Part shown: positions 31,602 to 41,772 of the stretch, in pieces
Position numbering within the stretch: position 1 is the stretch's first letter
Layout: every line of letters begins with the position of its first letter
Source: a virus
Length of the DNA: 64,000 nt
Virus record (IMG/VR): IMGVR_UViG_3300021976_000006
Coordinates: 1-64,000 of that record
Reading direction: 5' to 3' (one strand)
Notes under the pieces: model-generated
Seen by the model: only the letters and a program-made list of their open reading frames with translations
What the model was told of the DNA's origin: nothing
The model's database searches: none
Translations under genes and position numbers: made by a program

Positions 31602-34600
31602 TTATCTTTGAGATAATTTGTAAATTGAGTTTACAAAGTTAACAATAATTTTGGACATTACCAAACTTTTATAGCTAAATCTTACAATTAAATACTTATC
31701 TCTTAATTTAGCTAACTTATACCATGGTTTGTTATAATCAATTGCTAATGGATTAACTACTTTATCCACATAATAATTATTTTTTATATCATTCCAACTT
31801 TTAGAAAATAAAGGTTTAATTGATTGTTCTTTACTTCTGTCAAAAAACTTATTAATATTCCAATCTTTTTCTTTTCTAGTAAGATTAGTACCATTTAAAG
31901 TTATAACATCTGTACACTGTTGATCATTATATAATAATACAGTATCAAAGAAATCATTAAGTCTTTGTTCACCTAAAAATGATTCAGCATTAATATTTAA
32001 TGAATCTGTTACTTTAGTATATAAAGGATTCTCATTAAATACAGTTTCTATAATAAACTCAGTATCATAACCTTCCCCATTAGATTTTAATAAATCATTA
32101 TCATAATTATATGTTAAGAAATCTGTATTATGAGAAATATACAATCTTGGTATATAACCATGATAACTTATCCATTTCTTAGAAATAGGATCATAAGATA
32201 CTGTAAAAGATTTATTCTCAAATACATCAGGATTATTATAATCTAGTTTAACACCATTTCTATAAATATACCCATTAACAAATGTTAAAGTACCAGTAGT
32301 ATCAATAAGTTCAAAGTCTTTCTTAGTAACTATTAATCTTTTTAATTCAGGATCAAAAGTAGCAATAATACCTATATCATTAATAGGATTATCAAAACCA
32401 TTCTCTAACTCTAATTGAGGAAATTGTTTATAAATATCTAATTTAAAATATTCATTTAATCCTAGTATATTAATATCTTCTAATTGCTCATTAAATAAGA
32501 AACATTTATTCTTATGTCTGTCTACAAATAAGTATCCATATGGACTCTCTACAAGACTAAATTTAGAAGTAGTTCCACCATATCCACCATCAATAGATAT
32601 TAGCTCTGTAGGCTCTATACTAAGGAATTCACCAGTACCTACAACTATATTATCAGCATTTTCAGATTTAATAGTCTGATTAGATGCAAATACATCATAT
32701 AGACTATCTCTAGTAATAGTATATAGTTTATCTTGTCTAGTAAAGAATATAGTAATAGGTCCTCTATTAAGAGGTAAATCTCTATAATTATTAGCTCTTG
32801 ATATTCTATAGTTATCTATTTTATCTTCTAAACTCTGTTTGTCAGAATATATAATTCTAGTCGAGTATCTTATACCATCATTTAATAATCCAAAATCAGC
32901 TAGCTCTGTAGAATTAGCAAAATAGTATTTTATATAATGATTATTATAAGGAATTTCTATCTTATAAAACTCTTTACGTAAATTAGCTGTAGTATAACTT
33001 TCAAAAGTACTGTCTATTAAATAAGATTTAGGAAAGTATTTCTCATCAAGAGTAGAACCTTCTCTACGCATTCTAATATTAATATCAGTTTCACACATAA
33101 ATGAACCAAATGTGGTAGCTCCCCATTCAAATACTTGTACTACTCCTCCTGGAGCAGAATCTTTAATATTAATAGCATTAATTGTTGAACTAATAGGAAT
33201 AGCTTCTCCCCAAGTTTTCTTATAATGATGCATATCAATATATGTATCACCATTTCTACAGAATACTTCCATAATACCAAATGAGAAATTTCTTGCAGCT
33301 CCTATTTCTACATATTCTAAATCTTGTACTTGACCATATAAACTGTCGTTATTATTTATAACAGATATATAATAAGCAGTGTCATAACAAGATTTATCTT
33401 GCCATCTTGGATCAACACCATCTGCAAATTTTAATCCATCCATAGTTATAGTAGCAGAATTAGATCCTGCTGGATAATCTAAGTCAGAATAGTAATCTGC
33501 TAATAATGTAGGATCGCCAATAGGTTTTATATCTAATGTTGATAATACAGGTAATTGTAATAAAGCAGTATCTTGACTTTGCCTAAAGTTTAAAGCAATA
33601 CCTTCACTAGTTCCTACGAAGTTATTATCAATATATATAATTTTATCTATATCTCTACTATAAATTTCATCTTTAGGAACAGCTCTTTTTAAGTACGGTA
33701 TAGCAGAGTTCATTATCTTTTGCTTTCTACCAGATTCATCAGATGCTGTATTATTATAATAATAAATATAATGTGCATGAGTAGGATCAGCAGCTCTTTT
33801 ATAACCTATATAATTTATAAATCCTTTATCTAATCCACAAACTTTTAATTTATATCCTGATATATTAGCTTGTTTAAATTTAAAAGCTACTTCAGGAGAA
33901 ATAAATTCAAATTGTCTAGCACCAGATTGAGTTCCACCACTAGCTTGTTGAGTCTGTTCTATAGGACTAAATGAATCATTTTGATCAGTACCTTGTAATA
34001 GACCTTTAGCTAATATATTTTTATTAGACTCATTTCTAGGAGTCATAAATATTTTAATCTTTTTAATTAGATCTCCATATTCAGCAGGTATAACTATATT
34101 TTCAAAAGATAGTTGAATACACCATTTAGTTAATTGATAATCAGTAGCTGTATTAATAGCGTTTTCATCACCTCCAACTATTGTAGTATATAAAGGATGT
34201 AATATATCAGAAGGCATCTTATGATGTCTTATATAAGATTTACCATTAGAATCTTGTTCTCCATTAATAGGATAACCAAATCCATCAGGATACACTTCAT
34301 TACTTCTCCAATAAGATAAATATCCTGTATCAGTAGCAGTATTTCGATCTCTCCACCAAGTGTTACCATCAGGAGATATACCGGTATCCCATCCACCACC
34401 AGGAACATATACTCTTCCATACTCTCCTAGTTTTGTACCTAAACCTGGAATTACATCGGGTAATCTTCCTGGAATATGAAATACTTCAGTTTCTGTACCA
34501 TCTTTTAATTCAAACCCTACTCCAAATGAATATACAGCATCTCTCATAAATGATCTATTGTCATCTATAAGATTGTTATTTCCTAAATTAACTAAATATG

Positions 34601-35807
34601 ATGGACTAATAGAATGTTTTCTAGGAGCATCATAAGGAACATCAAATGAATGTGGTGTATCAAAATCTATATCTACAGCAGCATTAATTATAGTATCATC
34701 TTCAAATACTACATTATCAGCTACATTATATTGTACTGTAATATTATTAGCTAATGCTTGATAATTAATCTGAGAAGCTGCTAATTTAACATTACCTCTA
34801 ATAAGTCTATTATCTTTCTGAGTAATAGCTTCTGAAGCATAATATTTAATAGTACCCACTATAACTTCATTTAGAGATATAGAATCATCTATCTCTCCTT
34901 CATTACCTGTATATATATAAGTATCTCTTGTAATAGGAATATTTTTTACTATTTTAATAGTATAAGTACCATCAATTAATGGTTTTATAATTAATAAATT
35001 ATAGCTAGTAAAATTAGGATCTAATGTACTATTAATTCCAAATTCTCTAAAATCTACTAGTATAGATTTGTTAGTAGGAGTTGGTATAACATCACCATCT
35101 ACTAATCCAAAATCTTTATTAGTGTAAGAATCTATAGGTCGACCATCAAAAAAATCATAATAATTCTCTGTAGCTATAGACATAGGTCTAGATATAGTTA
35201 ATACAGATGTAGTAAATGTGTCTCCTAGATTATAACTTACTCCTATATAATATTGACCACTAGTAATATTACCTCCATTATTTTGTACAATAGGAGATAT
35301 AATAGGTCTAAGAGCTGTATCTCCAAGAGATAATAATGCTATATCTAATCCTGTAGAATCTATATCTATATTAAGTAATCTATCATCATTTAATCCATCT
35401 ACCCAATAGATAATACGTTGTTGCTTATAATTAATTCTATAAGTACCTTTAATCTCATAATTATCTTGAAAATTTAATAGTAAAGAATCATATAATACAG
35501 TAGTTATATTTTTAGGAGGATTAATATAAATGATCTTATTATAAGCTGTTTCTTCTTCTAAGTTTTTAATAAAAAGAACATACTCTTCTGTACCTAACCA
35601 TATATAGCCAAGTATAGTAGTGTTTGTTTCTCCATTTGGTTTATAGTATAAACTAAAAGACTTCTCGTTGGTGCGAGAAGTTCTATCAGTTACTATATTA
35701 TTAATTATAGTATTAAAAGCAAAAGAATATGAGTTTTTAGGTTGTTTAGTAGGATTATCTACTCTAACAAGTCCATTCTCAAATGTATTTACAGTTTTAT
35801 TAGACAT
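31602..35807 (-). CDS. Tail stabilisation/muzzle protein
   Basis: Beta-propeller-like sequence, IYWVDGLN, WISYHGY; crAss-like synteny. Confidence 0.75.
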   Translation of the reverse strand: MSNKTVNTFENGLVRVDNPTKQPKNSYSFAFNTIINNIVTDRTSRTNEKSFSLYYKPNGETNTTILGYIWLGTEEYVLFIKNLEEETAYNKIIYINPPKNITTVLYDSLLLNFQDNYEIKGTYRINYKQQRIIYWVDGLNDDRLLNIDIDSTGLDIALLSLGDTALRPIISPIVQNNGGNITSGQYYIGVSYNLGDTFTTSVLTISRPMSIATENYYDFFDGRPIDSYTNKDFGLVDGDVIPTPTNKSILVDFREFGINSTLDPNFTSYNLLIIKPLIDGTYTIKIVKNIPITRDTYIYTGNEGEIDDSISLNEVIVGTIKYYASEAITQKDNRLIRGNVKLAASQINYQALANNITVQYNVADNVVFEDDTIINAAVDIDFDTPHSFDVPYDAPRKHSISPSYLVNLGNNNLIDDNRSFMRDAVYSFGVGFELKDGTETEVFHIPGRLPDVIPGLGTKLGEYGRVYVPGGGWDTGISPDGNTWWRDRNTATDTGYLSYWRSNEVYPDGFGYPINGEQDSNGKSYIRHHKMPSDILHPLYTTIVGGDENAINTATDYQLTKWCIQLSFENIVIPAEYGDLIKKIKIFMTPRNESNKNILAKGLLQGTDQNDSFSPIEQTQQASGGTQSGARQFEFISPEVAFKFKQANISGYKLKVCGLDKGFINYIGYKRAADPTHAHYIYYYNNTASDESGRKQKIMNSAIPYLKRAVPKDEIYSRDIDKIIYIDNNFVGTSEGIALNFRQSQDTALLQLPVLSTLDIKPIGDPTLLADYYSDLDYPAGSNSATITMDGLKFADGVDPRWQDKSCYDTAYYISVINNNDSLYGQVQDLEYVEIGAARNFSFGIMEVFCRNGDTYIDMHHYKKTWGEAIPISSTINAINIKDSAPGGVVQVFEWGATTFGSFMCETDINIRMRREGSTLDEKYFPKSYLIDSTFESYTTANLRKEFYKIEIPYNNHYIKYYFANSTELADFGLLNDGIRYSTRIIYSDKQSLEDKIDNYRISRANNYRDLPLNRGPITIFFTRQDKLYTITRDSLYDVFASNQTIKSENADNIVVGTGEFLSIEPTELISIDGGYGGTTSKFSLVESPYGYLFVDRHKNKCFLFNEQLEDINILGLNEYFKLDIYKQFPQLELENGFDNPINDIGIIATFDPELKRLIVTKKDFELIDTTGTLTFVNGYIYRNGVKLDYNNPDVFENKSFTVSYDPISKKWISYHGYIPRLYISHNTDFLTYNYDNDLLKSNGEGYDTEFIIETVFNENPLYTKVTDSLNINAESFLGEQRLNDFFDTVLLYNDQQCTDVITLNGTNLTRKEKDWNINKFFDRSKEQSIKPLFSKSWNDIKNNYYVDKVVNPLAIDYNKPWYKLAKLRDKYLIVRFSYKSLVMSKIIVNFVNSIYKLSQR
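31634..31665 (-). promoter_or_regulatory. Promoter for cargo/vRNAP genes inside the muzzle 3' end
   Basis: TTTG-N20-TAACTTTG. Confidence 0.75.
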
Positions 35808-36540
35808 TATTTAAATCGTTATAAAATTTAGTAAATTGAAACATATCTGGTTTAAGTCTATGAAAACTTCTCTTTAATGCTTCAAGTGTTTGTAGATCAG
35901 GCATCATAGCTTCTGCTCCAGCTTGGTTACAATAGTATTGCCATTTAACATAAGCATCATCATAAAATCTAGGATCTATTTCTTTATTAAGAGCTTTAGC
36001 ATATAAGTATTTATAAGTTATATACCAATATAAAGCTTCTTTAAATGACTGATGATCTGGTACTAAAGGATAACCATCTTCATCTGATGGATAAGCGGTA
36101 TATCTAATATTTAGAGTACCTTCTTTAAAAGAAGTTCTAAACCATGATCCTTCTATCCAGAATTCAGCATCTGGTCCTAACATATTACCTTTGACAAGTA
36201 ATACATTGTTTATTTTCTCTTGATTATAAGAGTAAGGAGTATAGTATCTTCCTGATGGTGTTCTATCCTTTGGTCCATATAAATTACTCGAATAGAGCAT
36301 ATTAAAACCATTATATTCAACAGCATCTAGACCTATATAATCACAAGGAAGTTCTCCTTTATAGTTCTTAATACATATACAAGCTGATTTATGAATATAT
36401 TGAGGATAAACGTGTATAAAATCTAAAGCCTCGCTCATCCATTCTATAAAATCAGTAAATGCTTCTTCTTCTTTTAATTGAAGATCTCTATAGACTTTAG
36501 CAATAATAGTCTTACAACTAATTTGTTTTCCGTTTAACAT
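35800..36540 (-). CDS. Tail ring (tubular) protein
   Basis: Size, DEDGYPLVPD motif, position before muzzle. Confidence 0.65.
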   Translation of the reverse strand: MLNGKQISCKTIIAKVYRDLQLKEEEAFTDFIEWMSEALDFIHVYPQYIHKSACICIKNYKGELPCDYIGLDAVEYNGFNMLYSSNLYGPKDRTPSGRYYTPYSYNQEKINNVLLVKGNMLGPDAEFWIEGSWFRTSFKEGTLNIRYTAYPSDEDGYPLVPDHQSFKEALYWYITYKYLYAKALNKEIDPRFYDDAYVKWQYYCNQAGAEAMMPDLQTLEALKRSFHRLKPDMFQFTKFYNDLNNV

Positions 36541-37014
36541 TTATTCAAAGTATTTATTTACTTGATTAATTCCATTTTCTTTAATTAACTTAGCTAGATT
36601 TCTTTTATTATCTCTAGTAGGAATGAAGGAATAAGCAGCTTTATTTTTAATAATAGTAGCAACTCTTTTATTCCAATAGTATCTTACATAATAATTATTT
36701 GAATGCTCGTTAAGATGTTTATTTTTGTATTGTTCTTCTGATTTATTAAATAAACCAAAATCTGGTTTTAGATTTCTTAAATCTACTTTTCTTTTTTTGA
36801 TTCTAATAGTTCCTAATCTATATGGCATATCTAAGAATAAACCATCCAATACTTGATTAGATAATTCTTTATTAAATTCTTCACATATAGTTCTGAATGT
36901 TTTATAATCTATATTATATTTAGATGTTTCTGATACATCTTTAATATAATATTCATAAATGTGTTTTAATGTTAAAACGTTTTGTATAATATTTTTACCT
37001 CTTAAGTCTGACAT
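36541..37014 (-). CDS. IHF/HU-like DNA-binding protein
   Basis: MPYRLGTIRIKK; tail-module position typical of crAss-like phages. Confidence 0.65.
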   Translation of the reverse strand: MSDLRGKNIIQNVLTLKHIYEYYIKDVSETSKYNIDYKTFRTICEEFNKELSNQVLDGLFLDMPYRLGTIRIKKRKVDLRNLKPDFGLFNKSEEQYKNKHLNEHSNNYYVRYYWNKRVATIIKNKAAYSFIPTRDNKRNLAKLIKENGINQVNKYFE

Positions 37015-37016
37015 AG

Positions 37017-37688
37017 TTATTGTTCTGATGAAGCATCATTAGTATTTTTCTCTGCAATTTGTAAAAATAGATCTAGTTCTTTACTTTTTATTAAAGTATT
37101 AAGATCAGAAATCATTTTACCTGATATTGGATATTTATCCACATCTGGATTATAACAAGATGATCCATCTACTTTAGTAAATATAGTAGCTTCTTTAGGA
37201 TTACTAAATACACCTTCTATATTAATATACTTAAGTAGTGGGTTATTACAGCCTGTAATAAAAACATAACCATTGCTATAGTAAGCCAAGGGTTCTTTAG
37301 ATGCATACTTATTATATTGATTCCATCTAACATTTGCTTTAGTTTTATATGGGTATCCTGATTGTTTATCTAATCCACCTATATAAGTAAATAGATCCAT
37401 TTGATCTAATTCAATAGGTTGAGGAATAGTTTTTACTGTTCTAAATATATTATTACCAACAACTATAGTTCCAGGAGCAGCAGTATCTACTGCTTGTACT
37501 TCTACTTGTCCTAAATCTTGTTTAATATTAGAACTAATAGATCTACCTTTTTGTAATTGTTGTACAATTAACTTTTCTCGAATATAATTAATCATAAACT
37601 GTATTTGACGATCACTTATATTAAGATCATCAGGACGAGCTATTTTTATTAAATTCCTTATATTATATGTTAATTCTTGAATTGTCAT
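37017..37688 (-). CDS. Tail ring protein
   Basis: ISDRQI N-terminus, IEGVFSNP, YPI; synteny. Confidence 0.6.
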   Translation of the reverse strand: MTIQELTYNIRNLIKIARPDDLNISDRQIQFMINYIREKLIVQQLQKGRSISSNIKQDLGQVEVQAVDTAAPGTIVVGNNIFRTVKTIPQPIELDQMDLFTYIGGLDKQSGYPYKTKANVRWNQYNKYASKEPLAYYSNGYVFITGCNNPLLKYINIEGVFSNPKEATIFTKVDGSSCYNPDVDKYPISGKMISDLNTLIKSKELDLFLQIAEKNTNDASSEQ

Positions 37689-37705
37689 TTGTTATATAAT
37701 TTATA

Positions 37706-37737
37706 CAAAAATACATATTATTTTTCAATAATACAAA
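37706..37737 (-). promoter_or_regulatory. Bacteroidota promoter
   Basis: TTTG-N20-TATTTTTG in intergenic gap. Confidence 0.8.
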
Positions 37738-37738
37738 T

Positions 37739-38308
37739 TTATATAGCTCTTTTAAAATATTTTTTACTAATATAGTAAAATACTCCTAGTACTCCAGTAG
37801 CAGATAGTATATACCATAGTATATTAACTGGTTCTTTCTGTTTGACAGAGTTCTTAGCTACAATAGCTTTCTTACCAGTTGAATCTTGTTTAGAATCTTT
37901 TGTTGTTTTAATATTATTTTTAATAGTGGTTTCTTTATCTAATTTAAAATTAATACCTTGAGATTTAACTTCTACTTCAGTTTTTAAAGAACCTCTTAAA
38001 CTATCATAAGTTTGTCTAATATTAACAAAGTCATTATTAATTAAAGTTAAATTTTTAATATCACTAAGATTTTTAACAGGAATACTAGATTTATCTTTTT
38101 TGGGTTTTGTATATATAGTACTATCTGCTTTCTCTTTAATAGTAGTTACAGAGCTGTCACTAGAGACAACCTTTTCTTCTTTATGAGTAGTTGACTCAGA
38201 TTGTTCTTTATACTTGTTAGAACTCTTAAAAACCTTATTAAATACACCACAACTCGATAGAGTTGTAGCTATTAATAATATTGGTATAAACTTACTTAGC
38301 TTTATCAT
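37739..38308 (-). CDS. Putative unimolecular spanin
   Basis: N-terminal lipobox LSSC, C-terminal TM helix with basic tail; end of lysis cassette. Confidence 0.65.
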   Translation of the reverse strand: MIKLSKFIPILLIATTLSSCGVFNKVFKSSNKYKEQSESTTHKEEKVVSSDSSVTTIKEKADSTIYTKPKKDKSSIPVKNLSDIKNLTLINNDFVNIRQTYDSLRGSLKTEVEVKSQGINFKLDKETTIKNNIKTTKDSKQDSTGKKAIVAKNSVKQKEPVNILWYILSATGVLGVFYYISKKYFKRAI

Positions 38309-38498
38309 TATTTTTACTTTTTAATTCTGAAAATATACTATCCAGTTTTTCTACACGATCAGCTATAGGATCTATATTTATTGAGTCTTCTGTTACAACT
38401 ACATGAATTTTTCTTTCAGGAATACCCTCAGCTTTATTACTGAGAGTTGTTCCTGATAAAACTATGGTCATAAATATTAATATACATGCATATTTCAT
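38292..38498 (-). CDS. Small membrane/secreted lysis-cassette protein (antiholin candidate)
   Basis: N-terminal hydrophobic segment; between holin and spanin candidates. Confidence 0.4.
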   Translation of the reverse strand: MKYACILIFMTIVLSGTTLSNKAEGIPERKIHVVVTEDSINIDPIADRVEKLDSIFSELKSKNNDKAK

Positions 38499-38803
38499 TA
38501 TTTTTTGTCCTTTTTAATATCTTTAATAGTTTGACTTGCATTATTTATTAATGTATCTAATCTAGGTAACTGATTATTAACCCTATTTTGAGTTTCTTCC
38601 ATCTTTTCTACTAATTTATCTTGAGAGGCTTTTATTTCAGAAATCATTGCTTTATTTAACTCTCTTTCAGTATTTCTACCATCTATAAATAAATATCCGG
38701 TAGTAAAAGTAGTCACTATACACCACATTACTAATGTTTGTTTACCTACGAGATCAGCTAACTTCGTTAAAGCAGTTACTTTCTCTTCTACATTTTCTAG
38801 CAT
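38498..38803 (-). CDS. Putative holin (single TM plus coiled coil)
   Basis: TLVMWCIVTTFTTGYLFI helix; adjacent to endolysin. Confidence 0.5.
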   Translation of the reverse strand: MLENVEEKVTALTKLADLVGKQTLVMWCIVTTFTTGYLFIDGRNTERELNKAMISEIKASQDKLVEKMEETQNRVNNQLPRLDTLINNASQTIKDIKKDKK

Positions 38804-38837
38804 TCATAATTATATTTTTTGGGTTTAAAAATATTTG

Positions 38838-39305
38838 TTATATTAAGACATAACCATCTTTATCTACTTTACCTGCATTATATAATGCTAATAATTGTTT
38901 AACTGTATATCCAAAACTCATTTCAAAATGAGGATAATCTTTTATACTATTAAAATCTCCACCCCATTTAAATCCATATTTCTTAAATACTTCTACTACC
39001 TTTAACCAATTCTTATCTACTTTCCAATCTATTTTACCATTAATTTGATTAGCAAAATCAATTGCCATTGCATAATTATGATATGAAGATCCGCCTTTAG
39101 CATTAGTTACTATTGATCCAGGTTTGGTTCTACCTTGAGCATATAAAGCATCTGATCTTTCAAATGATCTTAATGTTTCAGTAATAAATGGGTGAACACC
39201 AATAGGCGTTACTTTTACTGCTTCTCTATAAGCTGCTATTGCTTTATCTCTTAACTTAGGATGTAACTTTTGAAGTCTTCCTATTGATATTAAATCTTCT
39301 GCCAT
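38838..39305 (-). CDS. Endolysin, M15 L-Ala-D-Glu peptidase
   Basis: LRS...LYAQGRT, SYHNYAMAID, WGGDF, DYPHFE. Confidence 0.92.
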   Translation of the reverse strand: MAEDLISIGRLQKLHPKLRDKAIAAYREAVKVTPIGVHPFITETLRSFERSDALYAQGRTKPGSIVTNAKGGSSYHNYAMAIDFANQINGKIDWKVDKNWLKVVEVFKKYGFKWGGDFNSIKDYPHFEMSFGYTVKQLLALYNAGKVDKDGYVLI

Positions 39306-39316
39306 TTTTATAATTT

Positions 39317-41761
39317 TTAAACTGCTAATGTAAATGTTTTCTTAGACCAAACTGCTGTAGCCTCTCTCCGGTATTCTTCAAGTAACGCTCTAAAAGATAT
39401 GACTGTACCTATTGGATAAGATGCTACTGGATAATTAGTATTCAGATATGCTAATGTAACAGTTGGAGGACCAAACTCTATAGGAACAAACTTCATTGGA
39501 TTGTAATCAGATGTAATGATAGGAATCCAGCCGGTATTATCTGCATTAGTAGCCTTAAACCAGAATGATGAAGAACCTGTACTAACTTTTCTTTGGTATG
39601 TAGATCCCTGTAATGCTGTTATAACTCCGTTAGGATCTGCGGCTGTACCAGCAAAATTAAACCCAACTTTAGCCCCACTTACAAATACAGGCGGATCATT
39701 GGTTATTGCTAAAGCAGTACCAGTTACTAATCCTGTTGATGAGTTTAGCCAAATAGTATTTGTCAAAGGATAGATACGTTCTATGAAATATTGAACACCT
39801 ACAGCCGTTGCGACAAGGACGTAATCACCAACATTTAAGTCAACAACACTTGACATACCTGTTATGATTCTGCTTCCAGTAGTAACATTTCCTGTTACAG
39901 CTATTGCATGCGCAGTACCCGCCCTAGAACAGTTATAGATTAAATCATCTCCTGATGATGGCAGTCTAGAAAACAATAACTGACCCACATCATATGTTCC
40001 AGATGTTGGGGGTAATGTTGATACTCTTTTTAGACCGTCAGAATATATCTTATTAGAATACGCACTGCTACTTTTAGCTTCGTTCTCTAATGAAAGTACC
40101 TGAAACGATTTTAATCTGGTAAAACCAGATGGACTTCCTATCAATAACAAAATACTCTTAACCTCTGGTTTAACAGAGAAGTAAACCGGAACTATACTAG
40201 GGGTAGGAGTGCCTGTTAAATAACAACCGCCATAATTTGTTGAATAGGCAAACGTTTGAACACCTTGATTATATTCTACAGAAGTATCTAACATACTAGT
40301 TGTACTTGAAGTTATCTCTTCTCCAAAATCATCAAAAAACTTGACTCCGATTTGTCCAGCACTTCCTGATAATCCACTTCTTATGACAGCAAATTTATGT
40401 CCTGTATCAGTAGTTAGTCTGACAGCAAAAGCATTTCTTTTAAGTTCAACATATTGACCATTGCCTTTATTTAGAAGTACAGCATCTACATCACCGACAA
40501 TAGGACTGATAGGTGCTGCAACTCCTGTAGTAAAATCAGCAAATAACATCCCACTACAAGTGATTTGATTGTTAGCATACCTAACAGATTTCTCACCTAA
40601 ATTACCAGAATCGTAAATGGTTCTACCAAATTGAGCTTCTGCATATAGATTCTGGGAGCTTATATATCTATTCTGTTTAGTCTCACTATTATCTTGTAAA
40701 GCATTAGCCTCTCTTGCTCTTTGCCTGTCAAAAGTATAAGCTACTTCAATAACGTTATTTCTTGAGTCATTATTTATAATAAATGCAGGACCCGGCGGAC
40801 TCGTATTAACCATGGATGAATTACCTTCATTTCTACAGTTTAATATCTTAGAGTCAAAGGCCCTATCCATCACAACGGCCTGAGAGAATCCAGGAGCAGA
40901 TGTTTGCCAACTTAGTTCAAACGAGGGGCTATAGTAGATATTATCATCTCCATACATCCTTACGCCAACCCGAGTCTGTCCAGGTAAATACCCTGTAGTA
41001 GTGGTAAATCTTCCTCCGTAGAATTTATTCTCATTACACCATCCTATATTTTCACCGTCACTTATAGTATCTTGATATACTCCATACTTATTTGAGTTGA
41101 TAAACTGTAAATATACCTTGTTATAGGCAAATCCAGCCTTATCCCCCATACAAACAAGCCCTTTGTAAAACCCATCTATTTTCTCAATATAGACATCACA
41201 AGTATCTAGGTTTGTAAGTCTTATGCCTTCATATGCTGTATTATCCCATGATGTTAAAGTTCTTGTAGCTCTTATATTGAGTTTCAAAACGTTATTCCTG
41301 CTTGCCACATCAGGAGTTCCATACGATAATGCAGTTCTATCCTGAGTCCCAGCATAGAACAACTGACCCTTCATTTCAACATTAATGTTATCTTTAATAT
41401 TAAGCGTATCTGTTATTCTAAAGATATAACCAGTAGGGAATAGTAAAGTTGACACCCTTGAATTGGGATTACTACCTAATAAATAAGCGACATCAGAAGC
41501 TCTTTGTAATGCAGCAGTATCATCTGCAATGTTATCTCCAACTGCACCAAATAATCGTACATCAATAGTATCAGAATAATTTAATTTAAAATATTCTATT
41601 CCTAATTTTCTATATATAGGAGTAGTTAATCCAATAAATGCATCATCTATAGGAGTAACATTATCAGGTTGTAATGTAACTTTAGTATAAGTAGAAACTT
41701 CTTTTGTCTTACTATTAATTATATTTGTTAGAGTATCACCTACTCTTATATATTCTGCCAT
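39317..41761 (-). CDS. Tailspike 1, beta-helix (pectate_lyase_3-like)
   Basis: DVRLFGAVGDNIADDTAALQRA motif, beta-helix repeats. Confidence 0.85.
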   Translation of the reverse strand: MAEYIRVGDTLTNIINSKTKEVSTYTKVTLQPDNVTPIDDAFIGLTTPIYRKLGIEYFKLNYSDTIDVRLFGAVGDNIADDTAALQRASDVAYLLGSNPNSRVSTLLFPTGYIFRITDTLNIKDNINVEMKGQLFYAGTQDRTALSYGTPDVASRNNVLKLNIRATRTLTSWDNTAYEGIRLTNLDTCDVYIEKIDGFYKGLVCMGDKAGFAYNKVYLQFINSNKYGVYQDTISDGENIGWCNENKFYGGRFTTTTGYLPGQTRVGVRMYGDDNIYYSPSFELSWQTSAPGFSQAVVMDRAFDSKILNCRNEGNSSMVNTSPPGPAFIINNDSRNNVIEVAYTFDRQRAREANALQDNSETKQNRYISSQNLYAEAQFGRTIYDSGNLGEKSVRYANNQITCSGMLFADFTTGVAAPISPIVGDVDAVLLNKGNGQYVELKRNAFAVRLTTDTGHKFAVIRSGLSGSAGQIGVKFFDDFGEEITSSTTSMLDTSVEYNQGVQTFAYSTNYGGCYLTGTPTPSIVPVYFSVKPEVKSILLLIGSPSGFTRLKSFQVLSLENEAKSSSAYSNKIYSDGLKRVSTLPPTSGTYDVGQLLFSRLPSSGDDLIYNCSRAGTAHAIAVTGNVTTGSRIITGMSSVVDLNVGDYVLVATAVGVQYFIERIYPLTNTIWLNSSTGLVTGTALAITNDPPVFVSGAKVGFNFAGTAADPNGVITALQGSTYQRKVSTGSSSFWFKATNADNTGWIPIITSDYNPMKFVPIEFGPPTVTLAYLNTNYPVASYPIGTVISFRALLEEYRREATAVWSKKTFTLAV

Positions 41762-41772
41762 TTCTTATTTAT

